Assembly: GCA_015680685.1 (NCBI GenBank)
Contig: MNCI01002041.1
Location: forward strand, 623,052 to 687,051
Length of the DNA: 64,000 bases
Direction: 5' to 3'
From: Gnetum montanum
Taxonomy: Eukaryota; Plantae; Gnetophyta
Shown here: piece by piece, positions 38,326-50,577 of the stretch
How the letters are laid out: each line of letters begins with the position of its first letter
Position numbering within the stretch: position 1 is the stretch's first letter
Made by a program: the position numbers and the translations under genes
The notes under the pieces: model-generated
The model's input: the letters and a program-made list of their open reading frames with translations, nothing else
Database searches by the model: none
Told to the model about the DNA's origin: nothing

Positions 38326-40493
38326 TGTTATTCTTTGATTCTAGAAGTTTTGCTAGGAATTGAAGTGTAAAGGATGTGACTGCAAAAATTGTAAATGTCT
38401 CTTATTAGTTTTTTCTGAATTATAAATTGACTCTTTTTCTGAATTATAAATTGACTCTTGGAAATGTGATGTGGCTTTAACATCTATCTGTAAATAAAAG
38501 CTGGTAGTGCAGTCACAAGATTCTTGTAAAGTGCAGTCTATCAAGACAAACATGGAATGAAAATTTTATGACAATGAAAATCGAAGAACTTTAAGTTTGG
38601 TAATGAAATTCAGATTATTGAACAGTTTGCATAGTCTAGACAGAAGTCACAGTGAGATAGCCAGCTCAGCATGCATTACACCAAAAACACGATCAACAGT
38701 TGGAGGCTTGTGAACGCTTCGGTGCTTCAATTAACGTGCAATTTAAACCTGTTAAGATGTATGCTTTTAGTATAAACGGTTTAGATGAACCTTTAGAAGG
38801 GAACAAATGGGTTACCAAAAGTTTCAAACAAGTAAAAAAAGCGACATAAGCCTCACAAACCAGGAAATATTTAACTAAAAGAACTATTAGATTAATATCA
38901 AGTTCGTTATTGGGTTAATTACCCACAACGTATATATTTCATTGAGTTTTACTGACTTTTTGCAGTAAATGTGTCTCATTTCATCATTCGGCATGGACTT
39001 TAGGGTTTATTTCAATTGATTTGATTCTTGGACAAACCAGATAAATTGGACGAGGGTATCGTCAGCTGCCTTCCGAATTCGAGGAAGTAAGAAGCAATTC
39101 GGCAGGTGCTGTATGGCATAGTCATTTAAGTATTTTAGGTGTAGCCTTTCATGGTATGCAAGTCTTTATAAATCTTTACTGAAACTGAAATTTTTACTGA
39201 ACACTTTGTTTAAAAATTCTTTTATGGAATTTATAAATTAGATATCTAATTTATCACCTATACTTCATAGGTTCCTGGAAAGAAATTCTTTTATGGAATT
39301 TATAACTTAGTTATTTAATGTATTACATATGTTTCATAGGTTGGAACATGGCGACAACTCCTCAAACACGTTTCAGAATAGGATGGGTTAGGGAAGGGGG
39401 GACCGTAGGAACAAGTCGCCAAACATGTTTAGGCATGGAATGGGTTTTTGAGAATGCTAGGGGGTGGGACATGGGGATGAGTCTTCAAACACATTTGGGA
39501 ACATGATGTGTTACAGATGTGTGGATGTAGGAATGGGTCCTCAAATGGGATGGGTTAGGGATATGCGGATGTAGGAACGGTCCCTAAACATGTTTAGGAA
39601 TGGGATGGGTTTTTGAGAATGCTAAGGAATGCAAGTGGGACATGATGAGTGATAATTTTATTTAGATTAAATTATGTTTAGAAACACAACAAATGATGGA
39701 TAAACTTCTTGTAGATTGTCATTTGTGAGATATTTCTGAGGTTTTTACTACAATTTTGATAAAGAAATATTTTAAAAACATTTTGAAAACAGAAAATAGG
39801 TGTAAGTGGAGTATAATATGTATTTTAAAATATTTTATTATGCACCACGATCCACCTGCATGCTAGGATGTTTTGGGATACATTCCCATCCTTAAGACAT
39901 CCTGGATGCAAAATTTTCTGCGGAGACAGGTCCCTGTTACACATTGTTTATTACTGAAACTGAAATTTTGACTGAACATTTTGATTAGAATTTCTCTTAT
40001 GAAATTTATAACTTAATTTAGTAGAATCGATCCTAACCCTAACCTGTGATCTAGATTTATTGAGCATAGCCCACGTACCCTTAACCAAACACCTCCTTTA
40101 GTTACCTGACCTCTCTGAGAAAGAGTGGTGGTAAAGAAAATTTGAAAGAAGGGGAAAAAAAATTAGAAAAACAAAACACCATTTTAAAAAATTGGACGTC
40201 ACACAGAGACAAAACCCAAAAGGTCCTGCAACGCGTCTTTAAACTGAGGCGACGCCAGATATTCTGCAATGCCATTTCTATATGAAAATAACCCTTGCAC
40301 AGTCCCACCTCATAAAGAGTGGACTCAGGGTACATTATATACAGTTAACAATTTATGACAAGAAAAACAGTGATGGTGGATGAAGATCAGATTTAAGCAG
40401 CACATATATATATATAGACTCTGAAAAAAGTCCCAAGAAAATGCTCCAGGAAAATTATAAAAAAAAAAACACCAAATTCTTCCTTGTTCTTCT

Positions 40494-41240
40494 TCAAAAC
40501 ACTACCTCACACTGCCTTGAATCCTCTCCAGAATACGCTAGCCTGCCCACCTGTTCGGCCCCGTAAAAATGCACAGGAAACTCACAGTAGACAGCCATGG
40601 GGTAGAATCTGGATGTCCAGGAACCCATCTTGAATCTTACCAAAGAATTGATTCTGCCCAGCAGACGCAGAGACCCAGAAATCCTAGCCAGCGTAAGATC
40701 CCTCAGTGTCTCAGACGGAAAAATCGCATCCACAGCACTGAGAGAATAGACCAAAGAGCTGGAATTATCCTGGCTCTGAAAAAACCAGGGAATCCTGTTC
40801 CACGCCAGACTGTTGCCATCGAACAGAACCCCGGCAGAAATATCCTCGTAGAAAATCCCAGCTCTGGAATTAGGGTTCCTAACCGAGACGTTGGCAAAAA
40901 CCGTCAAATTCAGAAAATTGTCCCTTGCATTCATTCTCGGCACAGAAACGCCTTCCACGGTAAAATTGGGCTTGCTGGGCCGAACCAGCATCCAGAAAGT
41001 GAAGAATCCTGCCACGAGCAACATGAAAATGGCAAGCAGAACAATCATAACTTTGCGCAGACAATTTGCAAACGAAAATTCATCTGTAGATGGATAAGTT
41101 TGTGGAGGAGGGCCTGGCGTGAGCGGATGAGTGATTAAATAAGGCTGATAAGATTGCGGAAACGGAGTTGTGATGGATTTCTGGCCTCTTCCCATGAGCT
41201 TATACTGGTATTGGTAGCCTGGTTTAGAATATTCTGCCAT
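40494..41240 (-). CDS. NDR1/HIN1-like (NHL) protein with LEA_2 domain, 248 aa, intronless
   Basis: Intact ORF. Pro/Tyr-rich N-terminus, one TM helix (VMIVLLAIFMLLVAGFFTFWMLV), then RPSKPNFTV, RNPNSRAGIFY, and C-terminal VYC...CEV, all typical of the NHL/LEA_2 family. Confidence 0.92.
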   Translation of the reverse strand: MAEYSKPGYQYQYKLMGRGQKSITTPFPQSYQPYLITHPLTPGPPPQTYPSTDEFSFANCLRKVMIVLLAIFMLLVAGFFTFWMLVRPSKPNFTVEGVSVPRMNARDNFLNLTVFANVSVRNPNSRAGIFYEDISAGVLFDGNSLAWNRIPWFFQSQDNSSSLVYSLSAVDAIFPSETLRDLTLARISGSLRLLGRINSLVRFKMGSWTSRFYPMAVYCEFPVHFYGAEQVGRLAYSGEDSRQCEVVF

Positions 41241-42399
41241 TTAAAAGCAGGAAACTCTGGAACTCACTGTACCAAGCCTTGCCCTCAGAGTCGCCTGATC
41301 TCGATCAAAAAAGCCGTGAGTGCGTATCGATTAGAAGAGGTACTCGCACGGATTTTAGCCGGACCCAGAAACAGACAATGGTAATGCAGCAGAAAAATCT
41401 CTGGGGCAATGTTTGGCAATTGCAAATTTTTGGGTTCTTCGGATCTGTTTATAATAAGACTCTACGTTGTTCTTTAATTCTTCTGAAACTCTGGGATGGG
41501 TATTATCCCCGGCTTTTATGCACAGATTTTGGGAGCAGAGATTTAGCAAAGTGAGCTGTTTTTTGTTCTGGCCTTTGCAATGCCACTAGGGGAGGGAGAA
41601 TGTCTGTTTGTGAGATTTCTGTAAATTCTCCAAAGCAGAGGATTTTTGTGGGGATTTTTTTTTCTGTTTTTAGGAGGTGTTTGCTTTTTTCTTGCGTGCT
41701 AATTGCTATCCTGGGTGGCTTGCGGTGGAAGATCCAAGGCACTTAACTGCCTCTGTTCTGTTGTGGTTGGCCATTCTGGAATTCTTGGCAACCAACTCCG
41801 AACTAACAAATCAGGATTAACATATTTGCCATCATTAGAATATGTGCAAATTATGTGGTTGACCTTTTGCTCGTTTCACGGGTTTCGGTCTTGCTTGTCT
41901 CCCAGCATTGAAGTCAACGTTGATGAATTTAGAGGTATTATTAAAAGTTTATTAATGAAAATGCTATGTTTAAACAAATGTTAATTACTAAATTGAACCT
42001 TTGGCATCAGTACGTCGTGATTCCGTTGCAAATGGTCTGGTACTTTTTCATGTGCTATTTGTAAAAACATGTTACTTTAATTTTATGTAATAATTTGCAG
42101 TTTCTGCAGGATATATATACAGTCCGGTAAACTTTCACTAGATCCCAACTTTCAACTTCGTTTCAATGATGATATGATACTAGGGCAGTGAGTTGGGAGG
42201 TTGCAGGTCCAATTTATGCTTTTGTTTATAAGTGTGGTAGAAATGGAATAGCTTGTAGTGTGGTGGGATACTCTTGACAAGTAAGTCACATACTTACTAG
42301 CCTCAATATCCATCGCTAAAAAATGAAAAAAAAATTGTTACCATTTGTTTATGTGTGACTTCCATGACAAATCATGACAAATTGTCATGTATGCTTAGT

Positions 42400-43137
42400 A
42401 ATATATGCTAGGATTCTAGTGTTATTTATAGAAGCCATTGAAAGAGGAATTTATCTCAAATGGCTTTAAAAAAAATACAAAATGAGTTAATAGAAACATA
42501 AATGAAGAGTTTGTATCAAAGTGTCACAATAATGTGAGCTTAAACAAACTAATCAACATCATAGCATTGGGTATGAACTAATTAAAATGAAGTTGAAATT
42601 TTAGCTCTTCATAGAAGCAAATGGTAAAAAAAAAAACCTCATGTAGTTGACCTTATTTTATTGAGACAAGGCTAGGATGATGATGATGATGATGATGAAG
42701 TGGAGTTCAAAAAGAAATGGTACATTAATAAGACAATTATGCTCTTTAAAAAAAGAGACAAAAGATTTAAATAATTAGATTGATTGGAATCAACAATATT
42801 TTTGCTAATATTTTGGGCACTATTCTAGAATTTATGCTTGCAAGATGGGCTGAAAAATATCAAAAACATGCAATTTTCCAAGTAGGATTTAGGTTATAGC
42901 ATTTTACTATAGATCATTTCATTAGTTTAAAATATCTAATTGATGGAGCAAAAGGTCCATACAATAAAACATATATTTGCTTTGTAGATTTCTCTAAGGC
43001 CTATGAAAGCCACTCATGAAGGCAATCATAAAAGTTCCTACTAGATAATTATATGTTATCCAAAAACATTACAAAAGGTATGCATTCAGTTTACAAATGG
43101 GTAAGAAAGAATTTTATTTAATTACTTTATTAACGTT
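42400..43137 (+). mobile_element. Decayed non-LTR retrotransposon (LINE) RT, left part
   Basis: IMLFKKRDK, FQVGFR..FTIDHFISLKYLID and YICFVDFSKAY are LINE RT motifs. Confidence 0.7.
42635..42698 (+). repeat. RTE/SINE-type 3' tail with (GAT)n microsatellite
   Basis: CATGTAGTTGACC...GACAAGGCT followed by (GAT)n resembles plant RTE 3' ends. Confidence 0.4.
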
Positions 43138-43938
43138 TGATGGGACGCAATATACGCGATATTGCATCTTTCCCTGTGATATCGTGTACGCGATATCGCA
43201 ACGTGCCGCCAAGTCTATGAATAAGAGGCGGCTCTCCCTTGTTTCTCAATCTAGATCTAGATCGTAGCCAAACTCTTGTAGTTTTTCCATTTTAGAGTTA
43301 GAGTAATTTCCATGTGCCCGCAGTAGGAGTTCCAAAGTGAACGGATCTTTATTCGAGCAAATATTGTACTTGAGCATAAGTTTGTGTACAGAAATAAAGA
43401 TGAACTTTTGGATAAACCTTGCAGTGCATGGACTAAGCTAAATAGGACTTTAATTACTGTTATTTATTGTTCATTGTTTCAATGCTTTATTAGTTAATTA
43501 AATCTCTCTTAACCCTCAACTCCTAGTTAAGTGCATTCAGTATGACTGCTTCGAGCATGTGTGTTATGCTTGGTAATCCCAGTAACGAATAGCGTTTGGT
43601 AATCTCAGAAGGTTGCATTGGTTCAGGGTGTGAAAGGCAAGTGGGAACGGATACTGATGCTAGGCATTAGAACTTAGTTAAAGTTAGTTATTTAGTCTCT
43701 TCACCCTTTCCCTCATTAGCATAGGCGATAAAACATAAAAGACATAAACATCACATACCTCGGACTTACTTAACCATACAACCGTGACAAATACAAGTAA
43801 GTTTGGGAAGACAATGAACGATTAACCTTAAGTGTTCCATAAGGCGTGTAGGCACTTAGTCTACGGACTTCAACGGGATCGTGCGTGTAATGCTTGTATT
43901 CGTATGGTTGAGTGTAGGGGTACCTCGCCACTCATCAT

Positions 43939-43956
43939 TGGCGCTGTTGCTGAGGA
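43939..43956 (+). promoter_or_regulatory. Primer binding site, tRNA-Asp type (Athila)
   Basis: TGGCGCTGTTGCTGAGGA versus the Athila consensus TGGCGCCGTTGCCGGGGA; differences are transitions. Confidence 0.8.
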
Positions 43957-44173
43957 CTAAGTTGTTTGTGCGCTAAGTAGAACATAGGAAATCATCCACA
44001 TTGTTGGGAAGCTTAACGAACCCTTAGGGTTAATCAGAAAAAATTTTAAACAATGATCAATAGCACATCCGCTAGTTCCTCAACAGTATCGAGTAGTGTA
44101 TACTCATCATGATGAGTATATACCCGATTTTACCTTTATCCTCCATCAGGATGAACAACTGCGTTGGTGAGAC

Positions 44174-47120
44174 TTGCAAGGTAACATAGTGTTACCCCCA
44201 GATTGGGCAGTCCCTAACATGCTCCTTCGTGCTATTGCACAGATAGGCATGATGGAATTATATGCTGAATACGTTGCAGAAGATTATGACATAAGGGATT
44301 ACCATCCCATAGCAGCGCAACTTCTAAGGGACTCACGGCAGGAGAGTTATCACACATCGTTGAAGGGCAAAGGACCCCGCAACGCTTCACCTGTCATAAG
44401 AGAAGTTAAAAGTGGTGAACCTATCTCAATAGGTTCTTCACGAAATGATGTTTCCCCTCCTAACGATAGTGAGGAGGTGGGGTATCAGAACCTGCACTCC
44501 ACGATATACAACCCTGGTTCTGATTCCCACGAACACCAAGTGTTCACTAAGGGAACACAAGCACAAGATAAGGGTAAGAATTCTGATCGTCATCACGATT
44601 GGGGTTGTAGTCACCAAAGAGAAGGTAAGAAACATCGTCATGGAAATGGTTCCCCTTCTTCTTCCCCTTCATCACACCATTCACCCTTTCCTTTCACATC
44701 AGGACACAGTCACAAAGAGCATAACGGTGAGGATAAGGGTAAGCAAGATGAGAACCCTCGATGAGAGAGTCGAGAGCGAGGACAAGGAAATTCTAGGGAG
44801 TCAAGGCATAGAAGAGAAAGTAGGGAACTACGTAGGCATCATAGACGTCATGAGAGAGATGATCATGACGAACCCCTACTTGCCACCCAAAGTATGTTAG
44901 ACATTAAGGAGACAGTTAGAATACCTACAAGGCATTAAAAAGATAGTCAGATCAAGGACTAGACATGAATAATATCCCATGGTTTGATGGGGGATACAAT
45001 GCTGATCCGCAGAATCACTTACAGGCATTCCACGATGCCTGCGCCTTGCAAAATATTGAAAAAAAGTGGCAGAAGTTAAAGTTGTTTCCTAGGACACTCA
45101 TAAAAGAAGCAGAGAGTTGGTACTATTCCTTAGAGCCGAAAACTATTAGGGGGTGGAGTACAATGCTAGAATTGTTTAACGATAAACACCAAACGTACTC
45201 CATAGTGTCCAACTTGCATAAGAAGATCCAAGGATGGAAGCAGGGTAATCATGAACCCTTGGATGTTGCCATGGGCTAATATTATGCATTGCTACATCGT
45301 TGCCCGATCCATGGTTACGCACAACGAGATCAACTACACCACATTGTAGATGGGCTAAGACATGAAACTAGGAGAACCCTTGGGACATATGCCCAAGGGA
45401 GATTATCTAAACTTAGGTCCCACGAAGTTCATAGATTGTTGGAGCAAGTAGCTAAGGAAGAAGGGGAGCTACGGAAGAGAAAGCGTGAAGTAAGATTCTG
45501 TGAGGAAGAGGATGAGTCACCACTCGAAGAGTTGGTGAATAGAAAAACCTTGCCGCTTCAGAAATTAACAACGGAAGTGTCAGCTAAGGTAGATGAAATA
45601 TGGAGCTCCTTAGACAGTAAAATTGAAACTGTCCTAAAGATCATAGAGGAGTCTAAGGAGGAACAAAGTAGTGACCATGATAAGAAAAGCGGAGAGATTC
45701 AGGCCATGCACGTAACAAGGGTAAGGGAAAAATAACTATCGCTGATGAGGTTATGGACTCTGATACAGACAATGATGGTGGATGTGAGATCTGCCAATAT
45801 GACCATCCTAAAGGATGTTGCCCAATAATCTCACATCTGTAAGAGTCCGGGGTGTATGCGCTCAACCCAAGACTTAACAGAAGGCAAGCACCTCGAAGGT
45901 TACCTTATCCCCAAGGTAACCCAAGGCAGTTCCACCAACTGTTAACATATTATCCAAGTGGAACTCCGCCACAACCTATTGGGCAACACTAGCAGTGGCA
46001 ACACCCATAGTTAGGGGGATGCCACCACCTAGACAACAATACCCTTATTGGCAACCAGACCCATATGGCTATTACGTGTAGTAGCTGGTTTCTTCAAGTG
46101 ACTCTATGGGTCACGCAACCCCACAATGTCACTACCAAGTTCGAAAGTATTTTATGACTCATTCTCCTACGGGAGACACTCCACATGCATACTATCCTCC
46201 GAATCCGTCTGCACCTCTTATGCCGGTAGCTCCACCATCAACCGCTCCAACAATGCCAAGGGTATTTCCCACTCAACCGCAACAACCCAATGTCACAAGG
46301 CCTTCCAATCCTCAATCCTTAGTTGGTCTTGACAATCTTATGTTGAAAAGACCTTTCTTTAGAACCAACAATCCAACTAAGGGGGGGGCCTCACAAGCGG
46401 TTGAACATCTAAATACCTCTATGCCAAATAAAGTTTCGGGACCTTCTTCAATTCAAAAATCAAGCTCAACGCACATGGTTATGTTAACACATACTGTTAC
46501 AGACTGGATTAAGGTGGGCCACCTTCCCAAGAAATTCTCTGACCCTGGAAGTCCCCTAATTTATCTCCAAGTCACTGGGAATGAACCTTGTAAAGCTCTT
46601 CTAGACTAAGGTTCCAGAGTTAACCTAATATCGTAGGAAACGTACAAAGCTTGGAACCTACCTCCATTAAGAAAGAGTAACATTCGACTTGAGCTAGCCG
46701 ACTAGTCCATCATTGTCCCCTTGGGAATGGTGGAGGACATCATTACCACTGTTTGTGGATGGTCATATCCAATGGATTTCCTAGTGATCCAAGTAACTAA
46801 CAGTAAGGGGAACTTCCCAGTAATAATGGGAAGGGCATGACTGAGTACAATAAATGCATGCCTAGGAATCCACGATCTTTCCTTGGAAATATCTAAGGAA
46901 AATATTTATAGAAAGATCGAGAAGAAGAAAGTTCCATGCATCACATACAATGACTCAGAGGGTGATGACATGGAGGAATGCTCAGCATCTCGTGCATGCA
47001 ACTGGTGTGCCCAAGGAACTCAGATACAAAGGTGCCTGTATGTAGCAACCACACAACAAGAGAACACCCAGTGGTTGATAGCTAATCAAGAGAGCAGCCC
47101 ACCAACATGCATGGAATGAA
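44174..47120 (+). pseudogene. gag-protease of the Athila-like element
   Basis: Gag ORFs at 44965 and 45289; aspartic protease region ~46520-46870; multiple stops. Confidence 0.85.
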
Positions 47121-50103
47121 CTGGGGGAACAACTCACGCCCACAACGAAGGCATAGATACATTGGAGTATGAGCATCGCCGACTTCCACCCCTTAACTTG
47201 AAAACATCAATCGGGAGAATTTGGACATTTCTAAAAAATTCAAATAGGCGCTCATTATTTTGGATCTCTCCCTTTTAATTTAGTCATGGGGGAGATGGCC
47301 ACCTATGCTGATCATTTGAGGCCCTCAGTTCTTTTAAGTTTTTGTTTTACACATTTTGTTTTGCACATTGTTGTTTTACACATTTTTGTTTTATAAATTT
47401 CTTGAACTTTTCTTGTTTTTTTTTCCAACATCGTTAATACTTTTTTAGTTCTTTTTGTGTGTGTGTGTGATATCCATCTTGTTAAGTTTTTCATTTAATA
47501 AGTGCTCTTAAAGATGGTATGAACTGTTTTCTATTGGTTGCTAATGTTTGATTTTTACCTTTAAGTTATGATGTTGATACTAAGGTATGGTTCTTTTGAT
47601 ATGATAGGCAATGAGTCCACTTCATCCATACATCCACAAATTTCTATGGTCTCTCTTGGCTTGGAACTGTACAATCCCTTTTTCAATAATAAGAACTATA
47701 ATGAATCGGTGACTGGGCATTTCTCAAACTAAGGAAGGACTCAAGGATTGAAAAGGGTGTGACTTCAAGGGAACTTGATGCATTTGTGTTGGCCATTCTC
47801 TTGGGTGCTTGGATGTTTTCTTCTTGAGTTTTCCTTCCCATTCCGACATTGCTCCATTATTGGGAAGCTGAGCAAATAAAAATAATAAGTCTTTGCATGG
47901 TGTGGTTTTCACGTATAAACACAAAAAAAAGAGAGAGAGAGAGAAGAAATAGTGAGGATTCAAAGCACACCCCTCAGACAAAATAGTCATTTGGGCTATA
48001 AGCATTGGTTATGGAACTAAAATAAACATGTTCCCTCTAACTAAGGCCCTTCTCACTTCCCATTCTCTCCTCCTTCATTTCATCGGAATGGTGATGGCTC
48101 TTTGGTGAAGGCATTCTTGTTACTTCAGGTGGATGGATTGGCCGAATGCATTAATGCGAAGTCATTGAAAGTGGTTTGTTTGAGGCTGGACTTGGAATGG
48201 GATCTACTAAGTCATATTAATCATTAAATACACAAGGGGCTGTACATCACCTTGTTCTTGAGATTCCATTCCATTTTCTTCTTTCCATCCTTCTTTCCCC
48301 ATCTATCACCTCATTGCCGGTTGTATCATTAGTGTATATTTTAGTTGACACATTGTTTTCTTGTTGGTAAATTCTTGTGATTAAGACTTTAACTCTTGTT
48401 CAAAATGACATTCCTAGAGCCTACAGACTCTTTGAATGTGGGATTGTCAGGGCATTAAGGGCATGAGCCTGCTTTGGGGAGGACCCACTGGCATTCCTAT
48501 TTGGTGCACCAGTTAAATTCTTTCCCTTAACATTTTTGCAATCCACTCTATTTTGTTCATTTCCATCTTGAAATCCATTTCATCAATGTTATAGTTGTCT
48601 CTTTTTCTCCAACTTCCTTGTTCTTTTTCTTTCTCCATTCTATCACTATTGGAGGTTCGCTCTTAGTCATGGGGGTCCTAACCCAATTTTTTCGATTTTC
48701 TCCTAGTCCCTATACCTTTGATAGTCACCACTATTATATCTCTAGACCTGTATCAACCATACCACAACCTAGCCAATGGACCTTTTACCGAAGCAAGGGA
48801 TCAACTACATTGTGATTCATTTACCCTTGCTAATATAAAGACTATGTTGTGTGTGCAGATGGTAATCATGCAACAATGAATTGGATCTGGAGGGAACACT
48901 TGGAATGGATCAGTGCTGAAGTAGTTATGCAAGGAACAAGATCGATGGCGTGCTTATGGATAGATAATGAAACGTGAAATCTTGGCATTGGCAGCAACAA
49001 ACTTCTTCTCTCTTCTCTCTTCTCTCTCAGCTGCGAAATAAGGCCTGATGTCAAATATATAAGGTGTTCACTCTTGTTGTCATGAACACTAGTTTTGTCA
49101 TGTTCTGTAATGATGATCCGTTCACATGCCATCCCATTCACCATTAGTTCCATTCAAGTCAATAATCCCATACCTTCCCAATATTTTTTAAGGAACTCAA
49201 GGACTAGTTTTTATTCAGTTATGGGGGTATGATGGGACATGATATCGCATGGGCTGTGATATCGCGTACACGATATCGCGTCTGCCGTGATATTGCATCC
49301 CCCGCGATATCACGTATGCAATATCACGTCTTTCCCTACGATATCACGGACACGATATCACAGTGTGCCACCAAGTCCATAAATAAGAGGCAGCTCTCCC
49401 TTGTTTCTCAATCTAGATCTAGACCATAGCCAAACTCTTGTAGTTTTTCCATTCCAGAGTTAGAGTAATTTCCATGTGCCCGTAGTAGGAGTCCTAAAGT
49501 GAACGGATCTTTATTCGAGCAAATATTGTACTTGAGCACAAGTTTGTGTACGGAAATAAAGATGAACTTTTGGATAAACCTTGCAGTGCATGGACTAAGC
49601 CAAATAGGACTTTAATTACTGTTATTTATTGTTCATTGTTTCAATGCTTTATTAGTTAGTTAAATCTCTCTCAACCCTTAACTCCTAGTTAAGTGCATTC
49701 AGTACAATCGCTTCAAGCACATGTGTTACGCTTGGTAATCCCAGTAATGAATAGCGTTTAGTAATCCTAGAAGGTTGCATTGGTTTAGGGTGTGAAAGGC
49801 AAGTGGGAATGGATACTGATGCTAGGCATTAGAACTTAGTTAGTTAAAGTTAGTTACTTAGTCTCTTCACCCTTTCCCTCATTAGCATATAAAACATAAA
49901 AGACATAAAAATCACATACCTCGGACTTACTTAACCATACAACCATGACAAATACAAGTAATTCTGGGAAGACAACGAATGATTAACCTTAAGTGTTCCA
50001 TAAGGCGTGTAGGCGCTTGGTCTGCAGAGTTCGACCGGATCGCACATGTAATGCTCGTATTCGTATGGTTGAGTGTAGGGGTACCTCACCACTCATCAAC
50101 GTT

Positions 50104-50577
50104 AAATAAGGATATCATGTTTCTCCTACTTTATTTGGGCTATTTCTTGATGAACTTGAAGAATGGATGTATAAAATACCAACTCAATTTGCAATTACAA
50201 TTAGAAGTAGTCTTGTAAAACTTTCACTATATGATGATAATGGTGTCTTAATTTCAAATTTAATGAATGGATTGCAACAAATGTTTAATACTCTTGATGA
50301 CTATTATCAACATTTAAAAAATGAAAGTTAATGTTCAAATAACTAAAATCATGAATTTTGGCACATGTAATAAGATATAAAACTTTATTATAAGACATGA
50401 ACACACAGACATAATTTCCTCTTCTAGATATCTTATCCTAAAATGCTTTTGTAATTATAAATGGGAATAGGGCATTACCTAAAGAGTTGCAAGTGGTATG
50501 AAAGCCTTATTTTAAAAAACAAATGTAAGAAGGAACCTATTTTGGCTTGGGATATTCAAAAATAATTTTATCATGTC
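50104..50577 (+). mobile_element. Decayed LINE RT, right part (continues 42400-43137)
   Basis: VK*G..VSPTLFGLFLDELEEW (KQG.PLSP motif) and an LY.DD-like segment resume directly after the TSD. Confidence 0.7.

Larger units (their letters stand above)
43138..50098 (+). mobile_element. Non-autonomous Athila-like LTR element (gag plus protease only)
   Basis: LTRs at 43138-43937 and 49230-50098; TSD ACGTT; PBS TGGCGCTGTTGCTGAGGA (tRNA-Asp-like); G-rich PPT. Gag IPWFDGGYNADPQNHL..KLKLFP and protease KFSDPGSP..ALLD*GS present; no RT, RH or INT motifs. Confidence 0.92.

Noticed and set aside
39340-39650. AAACATGTTTAGGAATGGGATGGG degenerate repeats as a MITE
   Set aside because: Repeats are visible, but I could not define terminal inverted repeats or a TSD.
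40569-41138. 189-aa plus-strand ORF
   Set aside because: Antisense shadow of the NHL CDS with no recognisable motifs.
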